58,922 nt of DNA from Actinomycetota bacterium (GTDB taxonomy: Bacteria > Margulisbacteria > Marinamargulisbacteria > GCA-2716485): the NCBI GenBank assembly GCA_002716485.1, contig PBBE01000015.1, forward strand, positions 1 to 58,922, written 5' to 3'. Below the pieces are notes generated by a model. The model was not told the origin of the DNA. It worked only from the letters and a program-made list of their open reading frames with translations, and did not search any database. A program made the translations under genes and the position numbers. This document shows, piece after piece, positions 36,320 through 45,529 of the stretch (the first letter of the stretch is position 1; each line of letters begins with the position of its first letter).

Positions 36320-37747
36320 GTGAAACTTATTAAATATATCTTGTTAAGCCTTCTGCTCTTATTGGCAGGTATCATGGCTCAGCGATTTTATTTACAATTT
36401 GTAACTTCTGATATATTAAGTCGCCCACCCAGCCTTTGGGGAACATATTTAAATAATGACCAGGGCATGGCTTCAGATTTAATCACGGACAGCCAAAAAC
36501 AAGGGGCCATTTATGCCTGGCATTTAGATTGGTCCTTTCCATTCCCTTCTAATAAAGTGCAAACACTCATTCAGAACCAACAGTTACCCATGATTGTTTG
36601 GGAGCCTCGGATATGGGAAGATACCGAGCCCATTGAATTATCTGAAATTTTAAATGGCGACTGGGACCATCATCTTCGTCAATGGGCGCAACGGGCGGCA
36701 CAATTTGAATACCCACTCTTAATTGCCTGGGCGCCCTTCTTTAATCATGCGCGCTTTCCCTGGTCGCAATCTCATCAATCAAGTAGTCTTTATCGACGCA
36801 CTTATCAATATATTATTGATGCCTTTCGTTCTGAAGGCGCTCATAATGCGTTATGGGTCTATTTACTTCAGGAGACGCCTTATCCATTTAATTTAAATCA
36901 ACATTATTTGGATGCCTTTCCCGGACCAGCTTATATCGATTGGCTCGCCTTAAATTTAGACAAGCCATTACCTCAAGACCTTACTCAACTTGAGAAACGA
37001 ATGACGCAGCGGTCTTTACAATGGCAACAATTACAGGATCAATTACCGGTTATGGCACTGTCCGTTCCGTCCAATATACCCATTGATGGGCTTGGGGCCT
37101 TATTAAACTCTTCAATGCAACATATCCAAGGGGTTTTATTCCAGGATTTACCCTCCTCAATCGCCCTGATTTCTGAATCGCCTTATTTAAGTCATGATAG
37201 TGATCGGATTCAATCTGTGATGCCGATCATGGATACATCTCCATCTGTTAATTTAAATGTATTGGATACAAGAACCCCTTTTTCAGTCAAAAGCACTCAA
37301 AATATCCGACAAGGGGTTCATTATTGGAGTGGGCCAGATCAAAGTAGCTTTTCTGGTGACCTTGAAATCAAGGGTGCTTCACTAATGATTACTCTAAATG
37401 TCACCCAATCACCACTAAGCCCTACACTGTTAAATAATCATCAGCTTTTTAAATCAGATCATCTTCATATTAGTGTTTGGAACGGTCAAGCAGACCCCCT
37501 TTTTCAATTCTGGATTGCCTATCATCCTGATAAGCCCAAGCAGTGGGTCCATAGTATTTTTGAGACCTACCCAAACGCTTTGCTTACTCAAACGACAACT
37601 AAAGCGGGTTACCAGCTCACCTTTTCTTATCCGTTGCGATTCTTTCCCCCTAATTGTGATCTACAACTTCGACTTGTCAATCATCGGAATAGCCAGGATC
37701 ACCCCAGTATTCTTGAACAGCGATTCTCACTTTATCGAGACGAATAG
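36320..37747 (+). CDS. Secreted hypothetical protein; the N-terminal half is loosely GH26-like
   Basis: It has a signal peptide (LLSLLLLLAGIMA). ILNGDWDHHLRQWAQRAAQFEYPLLIAWAPFFNH resembles the GH26 region around the acid/base Glu (xRxxHEMNG), but the Glu position is not conserved. The call is weak. Confidence 0.4.
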   Translation: MKLIKYILLSLLLLLAGIMAQRFYLQFVTSDILSRPPSLWGTYLNNDQGMASDLITDSQKQGAIYAWHLDWSFPFPSNKVQTLIQNQQLPMIVWEPRIWEDTEPIELSEILNGDWDHHLRQWAQRAAQFEYPLLIAWAPFFNHARFPWSQSHQSSSLYRRTYQYIIDAFRSEGAHNALWVYLLQETPYPFNLNQHYLDAFPGPAYIDWLALNLDKPLPQDLTQLEKRMTQRSLQWQQLQDQLPVMALSVPSNIPIDGLGALLNSSMQHIQGVLFQDLPSSIALISESPYLSHDSDRIQSVMPIMDTSPSVNLNVLDTRTPFSVKSTQNIRQGVHYWSGPDQSSFSGDLEIKGASLMITLNVTQSPLSPTLLNNHQLFKSDHLHISVWNGQADPLFQFWIAYHPDKPKQWVHSIFETYPNALLTQTTTKAGYQLTFSYPLRFFPPNCDLQLRLVNHRNSQDHPSILEQRFSLYRDE

Positions 37748-37750
37748 GTC

Positions 37751-38176
37751 TTAATCTGGAATAAAGCTACAGCGGGTTTGACAGGTCTCTTCGATTTCAA
37801 TTTTACTGACCTTGATATCAAGGTCTCGCTGTTTAAAAAAAACCAATGATTTCTGATAGATATCTTTGACAATGGCTTCACTAGTGGGGTTAGACGACAG
37901 TGCAACATAGCGTTGTTGATTTTGTTTGCAAAATTGAATCAGTGGAAAATCTTGATCATACACAATGAGACAATGGTCGTACTCAGATTCAATTTGTTTT
38001 GCAAATTCACCTAAAATTGAAAAGTCGATCCCCATATCGTATTGGTCCAATTCTGGGCATGCAACCTCGATCATTCCCCGCCAGGAATGCCCATGAATAT
38101 TTCGGCAGATCCCCGGATAGTCTTTACATAACCGGTGGGCAGCTTCAAATCGAAAATTGTATTGTAGTGTAATCAT
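37751..38176 (-). CDS. queD: 6-carboxy-5,6,7,8-tetrahydropterin synthase
   Basis: FRFEAAHRL...CRNIHGHSW (Cys plus His zinc and catalytic motif). The protein is about 141 aa from the ATG at 38176. Confidence 0.85.
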   Translation of the reverse strand: MITLQYNFRFEAAHRLCKDYPGICRNIHGHSWRGMIEVACPELDQYDMGIDFSILGEFAKQIESEYDHCLIVYDQDFPLIQFCKQNQQRYVALSSNPTSEAIVKDIYQKSLVFFKQRDLDIKVSKIEIEETCQTRCSFIPD

Positions 38177-38317
38177 GATGATGCAGTATAGCGAAGGCGA
38201 GATTAAAAGTGAAGACTTGGCTGAGTTTCCTCTTATAAAATATCCCGCTTTTTGATACACTATCCTTTAAGTTAATCAGACGCTTAATTTTAGAAATGAT
38301 TGAAGGAGAAACCTCCC

Positions 38318-39352
38318 ATGACGGTACCAAAGAGTCACCCTCAATTTACTCAAGGGCATTCAAATTTGCCTAAACCACCCCAAGCAGGGGCTAACAGTTC
38401 CACCCAGTCTAGTGATTTTAAACGTGTTTTAGGTAATGTGTCTGTTCCAGATGAACTTAAACATGAGTCTGGTCGTGATCGAACACAGACGGAAAAGCCC
38501 ATTGAACTTGCCCCTCTAACACGATCTGAGTTTCACTCACTGTCTTCAGAAGTAGACAATTTTACTAACTTGGCACTTGCTTCTTCTGAGCGTGATGAAT
38601 ACGCGCCGAAAACACCGTCCGACTTACCTGGGATTGATTATACGGGTGCCCAAATCGAAGCGAATGAGGAAGCGCTCTCTAAGATAACCCGTGAGCTGGA
38701 AACAAATGAGGCTGCAAAAATTCTCTACCTAAGAAACGCCCAACTTGGCCCCCATTCATTTTCGGCCCTTTTTAAGACCTTGAAGAGCAACACAAGCATT
38801 CAACATTTGGTTTTAGACAATACTAAATTAGGACAGGGTCGCAGCTTAGCCGATTTTAAAATTTCAGGCAGCTTAGAAGTCTTAGTTAGACAAACCCAAA
38901 ACCCCAATATTGCAACTGACTTTGCACTCGCAGGGCTAGCTGATTTGTTACGTATTAATCATATTGTGGGTTGGCTTATTTTAAATAATAATCTCATTGA
39001 TGATGAAGGGGCTCGCGTTTTATCCACTGGTATTGCTCAAAATAAGGGGGTTCAACATTTAGTATTATCAGACAATCGAATCACAGATAAAGGGGTTCCT
39101 TATTTAACTCAGGCCATTCAAAAAAACCCAACGATTGAAACTCTTTTTTTACAAGGCAATCAAATTGGCAATAATAGCCTAGATGACTTACTTGGACTGA
39201 TACAAAACCGTCAAAAACCACTTAAGATATTGGACCTACGAGACAATACAATAGATGATGAGGACGTTATTGAGGCCTTAATTAAGGCCGCGCAACAACG
39301 AGGCACGCGCCTTTATTTAGATCCTGTTACTTCTGAGGTCGCCAGCGAATAG
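38318..39352 (+). CDS. Eukaryote-like leucine-rich repeat protein (ribonuclease-inhibitor/RanGAP-type LRR)
   Basis: gaaggag lies before the ATG at 38318. A disordered N-terminal ~110 aa is followed by 28-29 residue repeats, for example LILNNNLIDDEGARVLSTGIAQNKGVQH / LVLSDNRITDKGVPYLTQAIQKNPTIET / LFLQGNQIGNNSLDDLLGLIQ. Confidence 0.75.
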   Translation: MTVPKSHPQFTQGHSNLPKPPQAGANSSTQSSDFKRVLGNVSVPDELKHESGRDRTQTEKPIELAPLTRSEFHSLSSEVDNFTNLALASSERDEYAPKTPSDLPGIDYTGAQIEANEEALSKITRELETNEAAKILYLRNAQLGPHSFSALFKTLKSNTSIQHLVLDNTKLGQGRSLADFKISGSLEVLVRQTQNPNIATDFALAGLADLLRINHIVGWLILNNNLIDDEGARVLSTGIAQNKGVQHLVLSDNRITDKGVPYLTQAIQKNPTIETLFLQGNQIGNNSLDDLLGLIQNRQKPLKILDLRDNTIDDEDVIEALIKAAQQRGTRLYLDPVTSEVASE

Positions 39353-39476
39353 GGCCTGTAAAGATTACATTTGTGGTCATTCGTTATGAATATTTACTTT
39401 TTGGTATTAACAAATAGGCTCGCCTATGTTACAATTTTACCAAAAATACACTTATTTAATTTAGGAGATTAAAGAC

Positions 39477-40574
39477 ATGGCAATTACACAGGCAGAGTAT
39501 ATTTGGTTAGACGGGGTAAAGCCGACTCACGAGTTACGATCTAAGACACGAATTGTTAACTTTGATGACACACCTTCAATTGAAGATTTTCCAGAGTGGG
39601 GCTTTGATGGCTCTTCTACTCAACAAGCCGAAGGTAATGACTCTGATTGTATTTTAAAGCCAGTCCGATTTGTCCATGACCCCATTCGAGGCGAAGGCAA
39701 TTATTTGGTTTTATGTGAAGTCTATAGTAAAGACCATAGCCCTCATCCAAGTAATACAAGAGCACAACTACGAAAAGTGTTGGATGCCGGTGCTAATAAT
39801 CATGATCCATTATTTGGATTTGAACAAGAATACACCTTATTTGAATCTGCCAACTCGCCTTTAGGTTGGCCTGAAAACGGATTTCGTCAACCACAAGGCC
39901 CATTCTATTGTGGGGTAGGGGCTCGACGTGTGGATGGTAGAGATTTAGTAGAGGCCCATACTGACGCTTGTATCGAGGCAGGACTCTTGATCTTTGGGAC
40001 CAATGCAGAGGTCATGCTTGGCCAGTGGGAATATCAGATTGGATACCGAGGATTTGATAATGAAATCGCTGACCCGCTTACGGTTTCGGATCATATGTGG
40101 ATTGCGGCCTGGTTACTCCATCGATTGGGTGAAGAGTATGGCATTACTGCTAACTTTGAAAACAAGCCGATCAAAGGGGATTGGAATGGCGCTGGATGTC
40201 ATACCAACTTTTCAACCAAAGAAATGAGAGACCCAAGCACAGGAAAAGCCACCATTGATACCGTTATTGATCGACTTAGCAAACGACATACTGAGCATAT
40301 TTTAATTTATGGAAACCGACTTCATGAGCGACTTACTGGCGATCATGAAACCTGTCATATCACGGACTTTAAATATGGGGTCTCCAATCGTGGCGCATCC
40401 ATTCGAATTCCATTGGCTGTGGACCAAAAAGGACATGGGTACCTTGAAGATCGTCGGCCTGGCGCCAATTCAGATCCCTACTTAGTTGCTGCTCGAATCT
40501 TAACTACTATTTGTGATATTGATGAATCAGTGTTTACATACTCGATTAATCATATTGAGGCGCCTGCTACTTAA
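39477..40574 (+). CDS. glnII: Glutamine synthetase type II (eukaryote-like GSII), copy 2
   Basis: It carries the same motif set as copy 1 (AEYIWLDG, FPEWGFDGSST, GPFYCGVGA, NAEVMLGQWEYQIG, KGDWNGAGCHTNFS, RGASIRIP). By eye it is roughly two-thirds identical to copy 1. Confidence 0.9.
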   Translation: MAITQAEYIWLDGVKPTHELRSKTRIVNFDDTPSIEDFPEWGFDGSSTQQAEGNDSDCILKPVRFVHDPIRGEGNYLVLCEVYSKDHSPHPSNTRAQLRKVLDAGANNHDPLFGFEQEYTLFESANSPLGWPENGFRQPQGPFYCGVGARRVDGRDLVEAHTDACIEAGLLIFGTNAEVMLGQWEYQIGYRGFDNEIADPLTVSDHMWIAAWLLHRLGEEYGITANFENKPIKGDWNGAGCHTNFSTKEMRDPSTGKATIDTVIDRLSKRHTEHILIYGNRLHERLTGDHETCHITDFKYGVSNRGASIRIPLAVDQKGHGYLEDRRPGANSDPYLVAARILTTICDIDESVFTYSINHIEAPAT

Positions 40575-40688
40575 AAAAGTACCACGAGTAGTCTCTATCT
40601 CATTTAGCACTCATAACGAAGGATAAGCAACCCCTTTCCTTATCATATACTTATTCGTCCATAAAATAGACCTCTGTGATAAAACAGA

Positions 40689-40724
40689 ATATTTCAATGT
40701 TTATTTTCTCTAAAAAGTGGGAAT
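40689..40724 (+). promoter_or_regulatory. Shared bipartite upstream motif, copy 3 (ATATTTCAATGTTTA-N14-TGGGAAT)
   Basis: The TGGGAA box (40718-40723) begins 58 nt upstream of the TTG start at 40776. Confidence 0.45.
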
Positions 40725-40775
40725 AATACAAAGTAAGTAAACTAATCAAAGAGGATAAAAAAAGGGGGAATTCGC

Positions 40776-43727
40776 TTGATTACTAATATATTTCAATTAA
40801 TACGGACCTATTTTAGTGCGGGACATAAATTCGATCAATTTAAGAAGGGTCTTTTTACTGGGATATTATTACTAGGGCTCATTGGAGGTTCGCAGTCTCA
40901 TGCGGTTCAAGATTACCAATTACCTATTAATGATGCTGAATTATCCGATCTTGGCGTCACCATGGTACATTCCTTTGAATTTGGATTTGCAATTGATGCC
41001 GATGGTCTGTTATATACAGCAGGTAGAGATACTGATAATAAATATAAAATCTTTAGATTTCAACCGGATGGGACTAGAGAAATTGTCTTAGACTATATCA
41101 GGGCCTCTGCTGGTGAATACCCCCTTAAAGGATTTGCACCTGAACATCTTGTTATTGAAGGTGACTATTTATTTTTCTATAACAATGCAACTGAATATGA
41201 AGAGTTGGGTTATATTGATTTAACTAAGATTCCAGCAGGTGGATATAAAGCCTTTACAGCCATTCATGCCATGACTGGCTGGCGAAAAGACATTAAAGAT
41301 ATGGCGGTGGTGGTCCATACCGATAGCGCTTATATTTACACTACGAACTATGAAGATGATAAAGTTAAATATTTTGATGTATCACCTTTATTTCATTCTA
41401 GTATAGACTATTTGGATATCTTTTATGATGAATCGGGCCATAAGAGTTCATCACTCAAGCAGTATAATAACAACGAAGATGTCCTCCCTAATCAAACCAA
41501 ATACTATAAGTGTGAGAGCTGTCCACTTCAATATAGCTCATACCAAAATATCTCGGGTGCTATTATTCCTGCCGCAGGAGATAACTCAAATGCGCCATTA
41601 GATAATAATGATGTTGTTCAAAGCCATTTATGGAAAAAAATTGAAATCGGTGACTATTTTCGTGTCTCTAGTTACTCATATAATAAAGACCAATGTAACT
41701 CCGTAGCGGCCCCCTTATCACATGACCAAGTTTATTATGAGCATGAGGCGGTCAATTACCCATTTCGAAGAGTCATTACAGATCTTAACGGAAATGACCT
41801 GATTACGAAGCAATGTTTACTACCTGAAGAGGGTGGAATTGTTAACTTTGTAATGATGAAACAAGTGAACGAAGATGGCATGGGCATTTATGGGCCGGCT
41901 AGATCTGCCAATACCATCCAACACACTCCCATAAGTTCAAACTTTGCAGCCATGCATCAGTCAAGTCATTATTATAAAGATGAGCGTTTTAATGGTATTG
42001 TCAGTGATGGTAGTACCGTTTATGTGAGTGCAGATGATGGTTTTTATGGCGTGTATAAGTTTACCTCTGATACGGATGGTAGCTTTATCGATTTCGATGA
42101 ATATACAGGACGTAGTTCGAAGGGATCTAGCTCCAATGATACCGCTATAGCAGATGGTAGATTTGGTCGAGTTAGAGCAATGGCAATATCTCAAGGGCAC
42201 CATTATTTCTATGACCAAGATAACAAAACAATTAAAGTAATCGATACATCTTTACCGGAAGCTGATCAGAGGGTTTTTAATTTCGCAACGCAAAGTAATT
42301 ACCCGTCTAAATTTACTAGTAAAGGGAACTCATACGTTCTTGATATGCAAGCATCTGATGAAAAACTTTATATTCTCTATCGATCCAGCTTCGATCATTG
42401 GATCTCTGAATTTGACCTAACAGCCTCTCGGACTAGCTTTTCAGGACAGGCCGTTCCATTTGGAGGCCGGACCCTAACGACTGCTAAAATTTTAGGTAGT
42501 GGGGGCTCTTCTGTCGCTGGTGGTGGCGCAGCGCCCGCACCTGCGCCTAATGTGGCGCCGGTCGCAACGCTAAGCACGCATTCGCATTTATTGCTTAATA
42601 ATAACGCGGTCACGATCTCTCTCGTTGATAATGTAACTGATCCTGACGGGGACACGATTAGTATTTCACTAAAATCCAGTCCTATCTTTGGATCGGCTAG
42701 TCTTAGTTCAGGGATCCTTACTTACACGCCGAATGCTAATGCCAGTATGCCAACAGATGGCTCTGACCTTAGCAAGGATATTATTACCTATGAAGCAATA
42801 GATGATCAGGGCAATATATCCGATCTTATTACTCTTGAAATTCTATTAGAAGATGCTGATAGCGATGGGGTGCCTAATAAATGGGATGACTTTCCTAGTG
42901 ACTCGGCATTGGCCTTTAGTAACTATACACCTGCATTAAATGGCATAAGCGTTACGTATGGCTCCATTGCCTTTGAAGATTTATGGCCAGTTACTGGTGA
43001 TTATGACTTTAATGATGTGGTGGTGGATTATAGCTTCAATCGAATTTCTAATCCAAGTAATCAAATCGTTGGGATCCAAGGGATATTTAAAATTCGGGCA
43101 TTAGCGTCTTACTCGAATGGGATTGGCTTACGCCTTCCGGCTGCAGTCGCTAGTCATTTAGTGGGCGATAATGTGAGTGTTTCCTTGATAAGTTCAAGTG
43201 GCATCCAGGTCCCTGCTCCTGAAATTAACCTAGATAAATCCGGGGTCACTTGTGGCGATACTATTCTGTGTCAATCAGGACCAGTGATTACCATATCAGA
43301 GAATCACTTAATGTCTCTGGAAGAAATTGTTGGCACCTTAATTCTTGATATTCGATTTGACACTCCAGTTACCCAATCTGCTCTAGGGTCTCCTCCCTGG
43401 GATATCTTTATCTGGCAAAATCGAAACCGAACTATTGAAATTCATATGCCAGGCGTACGTCCAACAACCTGGGCGAAGATGAGTCTCTACCCTGTGGACC
43501 AAGACGTTGATCCTGCAAACCGGGCAGACAGCTTATTTAAAACCAAATCTGGAAAGCACCCTTGGGCCATTCATACCGCAGACTCGCCCTATAAACTTCC
43601 TAGTGAAGGGGTTGATGTTACCAAAGTATATGAAGACTTCTCAGATTGGGCAAAAAGCGGTGGTGTTGAAAAAGCCGATTGGTTTAAGCGACCTAAAAGT
43701 TCACTATTAAGAAAAAAAGGACACTAA
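40776..43727 (+). CDS. Large secreted multidomain protein with a C-terminal LruC-type domain
   Basis: It has a signal peptide (LFTGILLLGLIGGSQSHA). It has a cadherin/VCBS-like module (VDNVTDPDGDTISISL...TYEAIDDQGNIS) and a thrombospondin type-3-like DADSDGVPNKWDDFP. FEDLWPVTGDYDFNDVVVDY is characteristic of LruC/DUF4842 domains, as far as I recall that family. Confidence 0.7.
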   Translation: MITNIFQLIRTYFSAGHKFDQFKKGLFTGILLLGLIGGSQSHAVQDYQLPINDAELSDLGVTMVHSFEFGFAIDADGLLYTAGRDTDNKYKIFRFQPDGTREIVLDYIRASAGEYPLKGFAPEHLVIEGDYLFFYNNATEYEELGYIDLTKIPAGGYKAFTAIHAMTGWRKDIKDMAVVVHTDSAYIYTTNYEDDKVKYFDVSPLFHSSIDYLDIFYDESGHKSSSLKQYNNNEDVLPNQTKYYKCESCPLQYSSYQNISGAIIPAAGDNSNAPLDNNDVVQSHLWKKIEIGDYFRVSSYSYNKDQCNSVAAPLSHDQVYYEHEAVNYPFRRVITDLNGNDLITKQCLLPEEGGIVNFVMMKQVNEDGMGIYGPARSANTIQHTPISSNFAAMHQSSHYYKDERFNGIVSDGSTVYVSADDGFYGVYKFTSDTDGSFIDFDEYTGRSSKGSSSNDTAIADGRFGRVRAMAISQGHHYFYDQDNKTIKVIDTSLPEADQRVFNFATQSNYPSKFTSKGNSYVLDMQASDEKLYILYRSSFDHWISEFDLTASRTSFSGQAVPFGGRTLTTAKILGSGGSSVAGGGAAPAPAPNVAPVATLSTHSHLLLNNNAVTISLVDNVTDPDGDTISISLKSSPIFGSASLSSGILTYTPNANASMPTDGSDLSKDIITYEAIDDQGNISDLITLEILLEDADSDGVPNKWDDFPSDSALAFSNYTPALNGISVTYGSIAFEDLWPVTGDYDFNDVVVDYSFNRISNPSNQIVGIQGIFKIRALASYSNGIGLRLPAAVASHLVGDNVSVSLISSSGIQVPAPEINLDKSGVTCGDTILCQSGPVITISENHLMSLEEIVGTLILDIRFDTPVTQSALGSPPWDIFIWQNRNRTIEIHMPGVRPTTWAKMSLYPVDQDVDPANRADSLFKTKSGKHPWAIHTADSPYKLPSEGVDVTKVYEDFSDWAKSGGVEKADWFKRPKSSLLRKKGH

Positions 43728-43746
43728 GTATCACTCGTTGATATTG

Positions 43747-43791
43747 GCCCTGAATACTAGGGTGACAGCCACCTAGTATTCAGGGCTTTTT
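43747..43791 (+). terminator. Rho-independent terminator after the LruC-domain gene
   Basis: GCCCTGAATACTAGG (43747-43761), a 10 nt loop, then CCTAGTATTCAGGGC (43772-43786) followed by TTTTT. Confidence 0.75.
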
Positions 43792-43814
43792 ACTGCAAAT
43801 ACGCTCTTTATATG

Positions 43815-44351
43815 CACTGCTTTTGAACCAAAATATTACACTTGACCCACCTGAAATTGAGCTTGATAAAGAGGGGGGTAACTTGCGATGTGGATCTTGC
43901 TTGTAAGAAAAGGCCCGTTATTAGCTTAACAAAAGATCACTTACAACTGCATCAAGCCCTAATTGGGACCGCTAATGTTAGTATTCAGCTTCATGAGCCA
44001 GTGTCTCAGGACTTGTGGGGTATTCCGCCTTGAGAGTTATTTATCTTTCAAAACCGGAACCGAAGCATTGAAATTCACTGACCAGGGGTTAAAGCTAGCA
44101 CATGGAGTAATCTGGGTCTTTTTGGCACCCAAAACGATGCTGCTGACCCCCAAACACCCACTAGTCTTTACAAAACCAATTTAGGTCACCCTTGGGGCAT
44201 ACATACCGCTGACTCAAGATATCAAATGCCTGCTGAAGAAGTGGATGTCACCAAAGTGTATATCGATTTTGCCACTTGGGCGGAAAGCGGCGGCACTGAA
44301 AAAGCTGATTGGTATATTCGACCTGATTCTAACTTTTTGCTTGTCCCTTAG
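43815..44351 (+). pseudogene. 5'-truncated, degraded paralog of the LruC-domain C-terminus
   Basis: It translates collinearly with the last ~175 aa of the upstream gene. Compare PPEIELDKEGG|VTCDVDLACKKRPVISLTKDHL...GIPP*ELFIFQNRNRSIEIH*PG...GHPWGIHTADSRYQMPAEEVDVTKVYIDFATWAESGGTEKADWYIRP with PAPEINLDKSGVTCGDTILCQSGPVITISENHL...SPPWDIFIWQNRNRTIEIHMPG...KHPWAIHTADSPYKLPSEGVDVTKVYEDFSDWAKSGGVEKADWFKRP. It has one frameshift in the G6 run 43873-43878 and in-frame TGA codons at 44031 and 44079. Confidence 0.7.
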
Positions 44352-44359
44352 CCATTCTT

Positions 44360-45529
44360 CTACGGTAATCTAGAAACAAATGATTCATAGCCAAACGCCT
44401 GAATAGGGGAGATATTGCCGTGGGAATCTAATTGAGCAATATCAGGTAAAGACACCCCATTAAATGTCGTATTTTTGACCATCGTATATTGGGCCATATC
44501 CGTAAAAATTAAGGGTTGACCTATTTGTAATGGCGACTCAAATGCATATTCGCCCATTATATCGCCTGATAGGCAGGTATTTCCTCCAATTTGATACGTG
44601 TATGGGGTTTTCCCGGCACTTTTACTACCTAAAATATGGGGTCGGTATGGCATTTCTATCACATCAGGCATATGTGCGCTTGCTGAAACGTTTACAATGG
44701 CGATAAGGCCTCCATTATCGATAATATCTAACACTTGGCAGACCAAATACCCCGCTTCATAAACAATGGCCTCTCCGGGCTCTATATACACATCAAGCTC
44801 ATATTTATCACTTAAATAATCAGCCAATTGTCCTAAATGAGTCCGATTATAATCATCACGGGTTAACATATGACCGCCGCCCAAATTAATCCACTTTAAT
44901 TGAGATAGATATTCACCAAATTTAGTTTCAATACTCATGATTGTTCGCTCAAGCTCATGGCTACTGTGTCCACATAGGTTATGACATAAAATGCCATCAA
45001 GGTCCTTAAAATCACTTTTTTGAACTTGATTAATCGTCACCCCAAATCTAGATCTGGGTCCACAAGGATTATACAAGGGGTTTTTGACTTCTTCATGTTC
45101 GGGGTTGATTCTTAAACCACAAGATATATGGGCTGGATATTGATTGACCTGCGCCTTATAGTGCGCCCATTGTCCGACTGAATTAAAGGTAATGCTACTT
45201 ACCATTTCTAATAAAGCTTGAAACTGACCTTGTTCAAAAGCCGGTGAATAACAATGAATGGGATGGGCGCCCGACTCATGGGCCAGTCTTGCTTCATTAT
45301 ATGATGAGACACTCACGCCAGATAAATATTGCTTAATCAATGGCATATAGGTCTGACTTGAAAAGGCTTTCATCGCCAATAAAACCTGGATTGGGTATCT
45401 TGATTGTAATGATTGACATCGGGTTAAATTTTCAATTAATTGGACTTCATCAATGATATAAGATGGCCGATTAAGTTTATTGAGCTGCTGAAGCCGTTTC
45501 GCTTTTGCGTTAACTTGGGTAACGGTCAT
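44360..45529 (-). CDS. nspC: Carboxynorspermidine/carboxyspermidine decarboxylase
   Basis: It has the fold-III PLP decarboxylase pattern (KAFSSQ, GGGHM, EPGEAIV, CLSGD) and a length typical of NspC. The start is set at the ATG at 45529, which overlaps the upstream stop (ATGA within TCATGA at 45526-45531). Confidence 0.8.
   Translation of the reverse strand: MTVTQVNAKAKRLQQLNKLNRPSYIIDEVQLIENLTRCQSLQSRYPIQVLLAMKAFSSQTYMPLIKQYLSGVSVSSYNEARLAHESGAHPIHCYSPAFEQGQFQALLEMVSSITFNSVGQWAHYKAQVNQYPAHISCGLRINPEHEEVKNPLYNPCGPRSRFGVTINQVQKSDFKDLDGILCHNLCGHSSHELERTIMSIETKFGEYLSQLKWINLGGGHMLTRDDYNRTHLGQLADYLSDKYELDVYIEPGEAIVYEAGYLVCQVLDIIDNGGLIAIVNVSASAHMPDVIEMPYRPHILGSKSAGKTPYTYQIGGNTCLSGDIMGEYAFESPLQIGQPLIFTDMAQYTMVKNTTFNGVSLPDIAQLDSHGNISPIQAFGYESFVSRLP

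Noticed and set aside
44031-44033. TGA aligned with a conserved Trp, suggesting genetic code 4 (TGA=Trp)
   Set aside because: Trp is encoded by TGG throughout the window. TGA also terminates well-supported genes, for example the ICL stop at 9507-9509 and the dehydrogenase stop at 45526-45528. The locus also carries a frameshift and a 5' truncation, so it is a pseudogene.
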